Assembly (NCBI GenBank): GCA_964019335.1
Contig: OZ025701.1
Location: forward strand, 458,716-522,715
Direction: 5' to 3'
Length of the DNA stretch: 64,000 nucleotides
Source: Diplonema japonicum
Taxonomy: Eukaryota; Protista; Euglenozoa: Diplonemea
Below, in pieces: positions 55,637 to 64,000 of the stretch (within the stretch, counting starts at the first letter, position 1; the number at the start of each line of letters is the position of its first letter). The notes under the pieces are model-generated. The model made no database searches, was not told the DNA's origin, and saw only the letters and a program-made list of their open reading frames with translations. Position numbers and translations under genes: made by a program.

Positions 55637-57435
55637 CAGGTGGTGGGGATAACATGAAAATATAAGAAAAACATCAGATGTGTTGTTTGCTGTTGACCTC
55701 CTCATTGGTCATCACCGAGCAAACCACACGAGTGCAGAATCTTGGTTACCTGGGGCGCCCCAGCTAGGGTTGAGCTGAACACCACACACATTAAGGACAC
55801 GACACAGAGCACAGAAGAAGCTACAACTCGGCCACAGTGATTAAGGACACGATGCAGAACACAGAAGAAGCTACAACCCGGCTGTGGTGCACCCCCTGTA
55901 ATCAAGTAGACAGTTCTTGTGCAGGGCACTGCCAACACTGGCCTCTAACTCTTGTATATTATTCCAAAGGTGGTGGGGATAGCATGAAAAAAACATCAGA
56001 TGTGTTGTTCACTGTTGACTCATCAGTCATCACTGGAGCTCCCGAGTGGAAGAACATAATGCAGATGCTTAGGGTGACAAACAGGCAGCAAACTACACCA
56101 CACACATTAAAGACATGACACAGAATGCAGAAGAAGCTACAACTCAGTTGCGGTGCACCCCTGTAATCAAGCAGACAGTTCTTGTGCAGGGTGCCACCAA
56201 CACTGGCCTCTTTTAACTCATATATATATCATTCAGGTGGTGGGGATAACATGGAAATATAAGAAGTACATCAGATGTGTTGTTTGCTGTTGACCTCCAT
56301 GTTGGTCATCACCAGTAGTGCCCAAGTGGAGAACATAATGCAGATGCTCAGGGTGATGAATTGGCAGCAAACTGCATGAGCACAGAATCTTGGTTACCCT
56401 GGGTTGCTACGGCTGGGGTTAAGCTGCACACTGCACACATTAAGAACACAACACAGAACACAGAAGAAGCTACAACTCAGCTGCAGTGCCCCCCTGTATC
56501 AAGTTAACAGTTCTTGTGCAGGCACCACCAACATGATGAACAGGCATTTCCTCCATCCACTTGGCCGGTCATCACCTGTAGCACCCTGAGTGGAAGAACA
56601 AATTGCAGATGCTCAGGGTGAGTAAACTACTTAGGGCACCAGCTGGGTTGAGCTGCACACTGCATGCATTAAGGACACGACATGGAATGCAGAAGTGGCC
56701 AAGGTGCACCCCCTGTCACTGGTCTCCTTTACCTCTTTCATGTTATTTGGTGGTGGGGATCACAGAAATATGGAAATATAAGAAGTATATCAGATGTGTT
56801 GTTTGCTCCATGTTGGTCATCACTGGTTGTGCCTGAGTGGAGGAACATATTGCAGATGCTCAGGGTGATGAACTGGCAGCAAACTACACATCTTAGTTAC
56901 CAGGGCCATGGCTGGTGTTGAGCTGCACACTGCACACATTAAGGACACGACATGGAATATTGTGCTGTCAGTGTTGTGGTGATATAGTCACCACTTTCAA
57001 CCTTGATGATGCAAAGAGGAAAAAAAAAGGGGGGGGAAAAAAACTAGTTTGACACTCCATTTGTTTGTGTGCACGAGTGGAATTTTACCTAATAAAATAG
57101 CTCATTACGCTACCATCAACTAGTTTTAGTCTTGACAATAATATTGTTAAAACAAACAACAACAAAAAAAAAAGTAAGGAATTCCCTGTTCCACCAAGTT
57201 CTGGTTCTGCCATTCTGCCAAGTTCCGACTTTCAGTTTGGCAGAAGGGAATGGAACAACCCAATCCTGCACAAGCAGAATGTCTCAGAATCTTGGTTACC
57301 CAGGACACCCTGGCTGGGGTTGAGCTGAACACCACACACATTAAGGACACAACACGGAACACAGAAGAAGCTACAACTCGGCTGTGGTGTACCCCCTGTA
57401 ATCAAGTAGTCTTGTGCAGGTCCTTTAACTCATAT
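55637..57435 (+). repeat. ~300-bp diverged tandem repeat family (4-6 full or partial units)
   Basis: Units headed by GGTGGTGGGGAT at ~55639, 55969, 56236 and 56749; partial units at ~56565 and 57284; shared CACACATTAAGGACAC and CAGAAGAAGCTACAAC blocks. Confidence 0.92.
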
Positions 57436-57645
57436 ATCTCTCACCGTGGCCGGGTTGTAGCTTCTTCTGTGTTCCACATCGATCACCACAGCTGGGTTGT
57501 ATTACATCCAAATACAACATTTCCAGACATTTGTACATACCTGCAGCTGCAGTGCACTGGAGTAGATAGGTGCAAATGGCTTGATGGAGCTGTGCATGTC
57601 TGTGGTATGAAGAAGAAGAAAAAGAAAAAAAAAAAAAAAAAAAAG

Positions 57646-57680
<35 letters not shown>

Positions 57681-57744
57681 TGTCCAAAAATATTTGAAAA
57701 AAAAGTGTTTGCAGGTGTGTCAAAAATTGCAGAAAATTTTTGAG

Positions 57745-57864
57745 TCTGGTCAGTCCGGTCAGTCCAGCCGATCCGGTCAGTCTGGCCAATCTGGTCAGTC
57801 CGGTCAGTCTGGTAAAATGGGTACACATGGGGTGCTGGTAAAATGGGTACACATGGGGTGCTGG
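57745..57864. repeat. (TCYGGTCAG)x~7 followed by a 26-bp duplication
   Basis: Directly visible; the nonamer resembles the reverse complement of the 55345-55450 array. Confidence 0.85.
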
Positions 57865-58371
57865 AAAAAAAAAAAAAGTGCCCAAAAAAATTGTTTTTCC
57901 TCCCAAAAAAAGTGGCCAAAAACACCCTTAAATTGATTTTTTCTCAAAAAAAAATTTTTTCCCCTCAAAAATACCTATTCTAGACCTTAGTGAGGCTAAT
58001 TTTTAAACCTAATAAAGAAAGTGTAAATCTCCTAATCAAAACTTTTTAGTCCAGTGTTGCCAAAATGGGTTGAAAATTAAAGTACCCAGCTGTGGTTACT
58101 TAATCAAAAAAGAATTTAATAGTCCATTTAACCATGTATTCAAACCTTTTACCCTTACTTGGTTTTTTTTTGGAATTTATTTCATTCTTTTGGTTCTTTG
58201 CCCAGCAATAGCAGTTGGTCTTTCCTTTTGGCTGCAATCTCCTTCACCTCCAGTGCTTTGCCAACAATAGCAAAGTGTGTCAGTGGTGGCACCTTCTTCA
58301 CCTCAATCCTGGTACCTTTCAACCCCAATATTGCCAGCTATGCCCCCTCAGTGTTGTTATGGGAAAAAACC

Positions 58372-58450
58372 CAGTGATGGGTGAATCCTAATTAGGACTA
58401 GACCAGACTGGACTGGACCAGACTGGATCCGGCATGAATTTTGACCCATC
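58372..58450 (+). repeat. CAGTGATGGG-headed element, copy 2
   Basis: Matches 55258-55335; ends ACCCATC, a partial inverted repeat of its start. Confidence 0.8.
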
Positions 58451-58648
58451 GACTTGAATGCGTTGACCAATCTTTCTTCCATTGGCAATAGCTTCTTGTC
58501 TGGGTGTGAAAAACTAGAAACCATTGACTTGAATGCGATGCCCAATCTTTCTTCCATTGGTCATAGCTTCTTGGAGGGGTGTAAACAACTAGAACCCATC
58601 AACTTGAATGCGTTGACCAATCTTTCTTCCATTGCTGGAAATCTTTAA
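58441..58648 (+). pseudogene. BspA-type leucine-rich-repeat fragment (2.7 x 75-bp units)
   Basis: IDLNALTNLSSIGNSFLSGCEKLET repeated with a 25-aa period; no start context, truncated. Confidence 0.8.
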
Positions 58649-58883
58649 AAAAGAAAAAAAAGAAAAGTCGGTGTTGAGAAGAAGAAAAAAAAAAAAAAAA
58701 GGAAGGGGGAGAAAAAAAGGAGGAACATTTTAAAATCAAACACCCTGGCGCTGAGAAACATCTTTGTGGAAAAACCAAAGCAATCCAATACCTCGATGAC
58801 ACTGGGGGCCCCCTCCACAGCTCCACAACAGCCATCTAACCTGCAACTTGAATTTGCCTCTTCTTCACCTTCCCTTCCCCTCC

Positions 58884-58916
<33 letters not shown>

Positions 58917-59132
58917 CCCACTCCTTGGGTTTGATTTTTCATTGGTGGACTTGTTGTGTCACAACTTTTTATTTTTAACCCATAACACTCTGGGGCCTAT
59001 CTACATAGGGGTCCCTTTTTTGCTCCTTTTCATAATTTGATGGGGAAAATGGCAGCATTTAACCCCTGTTTGCAGGTAAAACGGGTTTTTTGGACCAGGA
59101 AAATTAAAAAAAAAGCTCAAAAATTAATAACC

Positions 59133-62100
59133 GAGTATTGCAGCTCATACAGCAAACTGGTGTTTTACATGAGAGTGGTCCCAGACTCGCATGTGGGAGG
59201 GGTCATGCACAGGTTCGACGAGATGGTGCGGAAGACGATGTCGAAGGTGTGTGGCATGCAGTTCGAGAGCGGGTCGAAAGAATGGCAGCAGGCGAAACTG
59301 TCTGTAAAAGTCGGTGGGCTTGGGATGAGGAGCTGCCAGGAGCACCTGTGCGCGGCCAACATGGCTTTGAGGGCGTCGATGATGAAGCTGTGCAAGGAGC
59401 TGGATCCCAAATACGAACATGGGCTGGAAGGGGGTGTATGGGGGAGCTGGCTCGAGTGGTTCAACAGGACGAAAGGCGGCATGCAGATGGTGGCCAAGGC
59501 CCCCCACATCTGCAGCCAGAGGTGGCTCTCTAGGGTGCTTGATGAGAAGGCGCTGGAGGACCTCTTGGCGAAAGCAGATGCGCGCTCGAGAGCGAGGTTG
59601 ATGTCGGAGTCAATGCACTATGCGGGGGCGTGGTTGACGGCGACGCCTACTTCTACAACCAGCTGTCGGACAACGAGTTTGGGGCTCTGATCAAGTGGTG
59701 GTTGGGGGCTCCGGTCTACAAGCAGGGTGAGAGCTGCCACGACCCGAGGTGCAAGACTGAGGGGATGGACGTATGGGGTGACCATGCCCAGGGATGCGGC
59801 AACGCCAGGATTGCGAGGCACGACCGGGTGAAGGAGACCATCCACAGACACTGTCAGTGGGCCGGGGTGAGCGCAACAATGGAGAAGACGGGCGATGCCT
59901 TGCTCGGCAATCTGCGCCAGCACGCACTCGTAGTGCATTGGAGGGTCAAGCTTCGCAGCCTCCTCCGATGCAGGTACGGCAGCAGAGCTGATGAGAGCGT
60001 CCCAGTCTTGGTTGACATCTACATCCTTCCAGCCAGGTGCGCCTGACGCGGCTTTGCTACGCAGCATGGCGGTGAGGATGTACTTCGTGTCTTGTGTGAA
60101 CACAGAGCGCTCAGCCTCATCGCGCCAAGCAGCGCTCGATGCGTTTTTGGCATCGAGTTCCTTCTTCCGTTCGTCTCTGGCTTCCTTCTCCTTCTCTTCC
60201 TGCTTCTGCTGCCACACGTTGGAGTCTGTCGTGTCGCCGCCCTTCTTGATAACGGACTGGTGTGCCCTGCTGGTCTCCACCTCGAAGGCGGGCATGTTCT
60301 CGAAGACCTTCTGGAGAACCGTCTCGGCGACGATGTCCTGCTTGGCAAGGTTGGCGTACTCGATGGCACGCTGCTGGATCTCGACGTCCATGTGCGTGCC
60401 GTTCTCTTCGAACAGCTTTTTGATCTTCTCGCGGAGAGCAGCGTCGTCGGGGTACTGTGTGTAGAGCTTGGCGTAGCAGGAGAGGAGGAGCGCTTTGGTG
60501 TTGTTCCCGACAAGGCCCCACTTGGAGTGAAGGGTGGTGAACTGGACCATGGCGGGCTCGGAAAGCGATGAGCTGAACTCGCCGATGAGGTGGGTAGCAA
60601 CCTTGATGGCAACCTCATGCGCGTTGAGGGGCTGCACCGCACTGAAGACAGTCTGCACAGCGTGCTTCTGGATGGTCACGTTGTTGGTCACAATGTGCAC
60701 AACACGCTGCCACACATCAGGCCAGGAACACTACAAGCGCCAGAAGTATGAGGCGGAGCTCGCCAAGACACGCGTGGCCTTTGTACCTTTCGCGATGGAG
60801 ACCTTTGGGGGGTTCAGGGAGGCAGCAGTCTACCTCACGAAGAAACTGTCCAGGAGCATAGCTGCGCGGGCTCACGGGGACAGAGTCTCGATACACAGGC
60901 GTGTGGTCCAAGAGGTGTCAACGGCCATGATGAGATCGATAGCAGGGGCGCTGTTAGTCAAAGGGCCTGTACAGTTGGATCCAGGGCCCCCGGTACCGGA
61001 CGGCGAAGAGGAAAAAAAGGACAACGAGGAAGCGAACAACGAACCCAACACTGAATCCAACACTGACCTCACAGAGGACTCCTTCGGCAATGAAAAAACC
61101 ACCGAAGCTGAGGAGTCGTCCAAGAGGGAAGTGAAGGGACAGGGAGGCGGACCCCCAATCACGGTGGCCCACCAGCTGGATGCCCTTCTGGAGCAGACGA
61201 AGAAGGACCTGGACGCCCGAATGTAGCAGCAGCGAAAGGCGGAACCGGTGGAGGGTGGAACACAAGGGAAAGCGGGAGCAGGACTCGAAGCAGCCTCGCC
61301 GGGAGGAGAAGACACGGAGATGGCCGGAACAGGATCCAGCGAGAGGGCTGGGCAGGGAGGGGAGCTTGACCCGAAGGCCCAGGAAGATGGGAAGAGACAA
61401 GGGGCGACTGACGCTGCGGTGAACCAGACCTTGGACCACTGTCCTAAGGGGGATACGGAGGCCCAGAGGGACTCGAACAAGGGGGACCAGAGTGCGACAA
61501 CTGCTACGAGGAAGATGACCGTGAGCGAATTCTGTAGGGAACAAGCTGCGAAGAGACAGGGCGGTGGGAGGACTCTGAAGCCGCAGGCGGATGACGCCCC
61601 CGAAGGGACCAAAGAGGGCGGGAACGCACCGAGCGGAGGCAGCCAGTCGGGGCCTGACACACCTAGGGGTGGGATCCAGACGCCGGAGGGAGATCAGCTG
61701 ATGGGAGTCGGGGCACCGGAAAGGGAACAGCAGGTGGAAGTAGGGGGAGACTTCGTTCAGCTTGACCCGATTGATGTGGTGATGGGCATCCCAATTCCGA
61801 GAGCGATGGTGCCACTGAGGGCGAGGCCGGGGGACCGACTGCTCAAGTTCATCATCCAGTTCGAGGGCCGGGTGGAGATCATCCTTGAAGAAGGAACGGA
61901 CCCTGGAAGGGAGAGGACTGAGGAGATGCTTCTTGCGAAGGCCGAGTCGCTGGGTGTTCCACTGGAGGTGGCTATGGCTGGCCAGATTGGTATCGCTGGA
62001 CTTGGATACATGATGGTAAAGCAGTACTTCGCAAGCTTGGAAGGTGGGTCGGACGGAGAGCGCCGCAGCCGCATTGTGGGTTGTGAGGTGCAGAAGTCGG

Positions 62101-63120
62101 AAACATACCGCGAGTTCGAGTTCCCGAGGACGGTCCAGGATTTCCAGATCACGTACGCGTGTGGGTGTTCGGCGGTGCAACCTGTTCGTTTCAAGGGTGG
62201 CGTGCTCAAGGGGACTCTGGAAACGGCATGGAGGGTGGTCAAGTTGCAGACCCGGGGGTGCAGACACCACCCGACACCGGGGAAGGAAGGGGTAGTGGGC
62301 ATTGCGGCGGGAGCCGGCGCTACCAAGGTGACACTACGTGAGTTCTTGGAGAGGTGCGACGCAAGGATAAGGGCCCCAGTGGGAAAGGTCAAGGACCTGA
62401 TCAAAGTGAAGGCGTGGGTGAGGGATGGAAGGAAGGTCACCCTCGACGTCTACGAGGGGAGGGGGCCCTGCGAGAAGGAGACGAGGCGCACTGTCCAGGA
62501 CCATCTGCGGAAGATGGGTGTTGAAGAGGTCGACCTGCAGTCAGCGGTGGTGACGGTCCCGGGGTTGTTCGAGGACGTCTCCTTTGAGAGGTACCTTGGG
62601 CTGTTGGCCCGGAAGAAGGAGGAAGACAGGGAGAGGCGGCCTGAGGTGGTTGCCACGGACCTCCCCACCCTGGAAGAGCTGAAGTGGAGCAAGAAGGACA
62701 AGAAGCGGGCCCGGGCCCGATCGGCCAGTACTGACTCGGATTGTGTGGAGGGTGGCTACATCTATCTGAAGGGTACGGGGGCGGATGGCACCGTGGTCGA
62801 AGCCAACATATGCAGGGGTGAGCTCAAGGGGATGACCGGGCCCCAGTTCAAGTTCTTGGCGGGGCACAGGTTGATGGAAGAGCTGGGGAGCGACGACCTG
62901 GTGCGGGACACGGTCAAGGTGCGCAACAAGGAGAACTGGGCCCCGGTGAACAGTGCGGTGGCTTGGCTGCAGCTCGAGTCGGGGAGGGCGCGGGTGGGGC
63001 CCATACCCCACAAGAAGAGGTCCAAAGGCTCGCTGGCCAGATAGGCCAGCGGGGGTGTGGGGGGCTGGTCCCCCCCCCCCCGCCATAGGAAGATGTGAAA
63101 CTTTTTTTTTTTTTTCTGAG
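59133..63120 (+). mobile_element. 5'-truncated, disrupted CRE/SLACS-clade (RLE-type) non-LTR retrotransposon
   Basis: Post-RT region (KLVFYMRVVP...FDEMVR...WQQAKLSVKVGGLGMR), AGAWLTATP, KWWLGAP, zinc knuckle CHDPRC...GDHAQGC plus IARHDRV, and nuclease C-half EHYKRQKY...FVPFAMETFGG. Frameshift at ~59648; in-frame TAG at 61224-61226; no RT core. Confidence 0.88.
59894..60720 (-). pseudogene. Internal fragment of AP-2 complex alpha subunit (alpha-adaptin), antisense inside the retrotransposon
   Basis: VWQRVVHIVTNN..IQKHAVQTVF...AHEVAIKVATHLIGEF...QFTTLHSKW...TKALLLSCYAKL...DVEIQQRAIEY...VFENMPAF matches the C-terminal alpha-adaptin trunk; no start or stop of its own. Confidence 0.85.
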
Positions 63121-64000
63121 CCCGCAAACCCGCAAACCCGCAAACCCGCAAACCCGCAAACCCGCAAACCCGCAAACCCGCAAACCCGCAAACCCGCAAA
63201 CCCCGCAAACCCGCAAACCCGCAAACCCGCAAACCCGCAAACCCGCAAACCCGCAAACCCGCAAACCCGCAAACCCGCAAACCCGCAAACCCGCAAACCC
63301 GCAAACCCGCAAACCCGCAAACCCGCAAACCCCGCAAACCCCGCAAACCCCGCAAACCCCGCAAACCCCGCAAACCCCGCAAACCCCGCAAACCCCGCAA
63401 ACCCCGCAAACCCCGCAAACCCCGCAAACCCCGCAAACCCCGCAAACCCCGCAAACCCCGCAAACCCCGCAAACCCCGCAAACCCCGCAAACCCCGCAAA
63501 CCCCGCAAACCCGCAAACCCGCAAACCCGCAAACCCGCAAACCCGCAAACCCGCAAACCCGCAAACCCGCAAACCCGCAAACCCGCAAACCCGCAAACCC
63601 GCAAACCCGCAAACCCGCAAACCCGCAAACCCGCAAACCCGCAAACCCGCAAACCCGCAAACCCGCAAACCCGCAAACCCGCAAACCCGCAAACCCGCAA
63701 ACCCGCAAACCCGCAAACCCGCAAACCCGCAAACCCGCAAACCCGCAAACCCGCAAACCCGCAAACCCGCAAACCCGCAAACCCGCAAACCCGCAAACCC
63801 GCAAACCCGCAAACCCGCAAACCGCAAACCCGCAAACCCGCAAACCCGCAAACCCGCAACCCGCAAACCCGCAAACCCCGCAAACCCGCAAACCCGCAAA
63901 CCCGCAAACCCCGCAAACCCGCAAACCCGCAAACCCGCAAACCCGCAAACCCGCAAACCCGCAAACCCGCAAACCCGCAAACCCGCAAACCCGCAAACCC
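63121..64000 (+). repeat. (CCCGCAAA)n telomere-like satellite with a block of 20 CCCCGCAAA units at 63330-63509; runs off the window
   Basis: Directly visible; minus strand reads (TTTGCGGG)n. Confidence 0.98.

Noticed and set aside
55637-57435. CRISPR-like array
   Set aside because: Eukaryotic context; units are ~300 bp and homologous throughout, with no unique spacers and no cas genes.
59618-60715. 365-aa ORF as an intact adaptin gene
   Set aside because: Starts mid-trunk at a GTG, and its last ~90 codons are antisense retrotransposon sequence.
52089-61226. Stop-codon reassignment
   Set aside because: Only two isolated suspicious stops, both in disrupted contexts; all well-conserved genes translate and terminate with the standard code.
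62541-63996. Three long minus-strand ORFs (GFAGLRVC repeats)
   Set aside because: Artefact of the stop-free 8-bp satellite.
63121-64000. Calling the array the right-hand telomere
   Set aside because: Strand polarity is inverted for a terminal telomere and the scaffold end is not visible.

Overview
Eukaryotic, most likely euglenozoan (diplonemid-like) genomic DNA; this is an inference. Positions 1-54,000 are one unidirectional gene cluster: about 23 protein-coding genes, all on the minus strand. Eight of them are split by very small GT-AG introns. I reconstructed 29 introns; most are 32-46 nt, with GTATG/GTGTG donors and CA- or A-rich 3' ends. Spacers are either ultra-short (48-75 nt) or kilobase-long and rich in homopolymer runs. 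Recognisable products: nucleoside hydrolase, WD40 protein, betaine-aldehyde/ALDH9 dehydrogenase, LZTFL1, GST, NAPRT, PIH1D3/DNAAF6, a cruzipain-like protein with Cys25Ser, Gemin6, a PHO80-like cyclin, a SAM-SAM-DCX-MAP3K kinase, a dimerisation-domain/zeta-toxin-like kinase, an RluA pseudouridine synthase, FolD, an inactive RNase III-fold protein, an AAAP amino-acid transporter and a CLU-domain protein. A 200-N scaffold gap lies at 22562-22761. Positions 54,000-64,000, upstream of the cluster, have no intact host genes. They hold a diverged ~300-bp repeat family in opposite orientations, MITE-like elements and a BspA-type LRR remnant. They also hold a 5'-truncated CRE/SLACS-clade retrotransposon whose endonuclease core is replaced by an antisense alpha-adaptin fragment and whose ORF runs ~690 codons past the nuclease. 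This element abuts a (CCCGCAAA)n telomere-like array that runs off the window. All assignments rest on motif recognition by eye; no searches were run.
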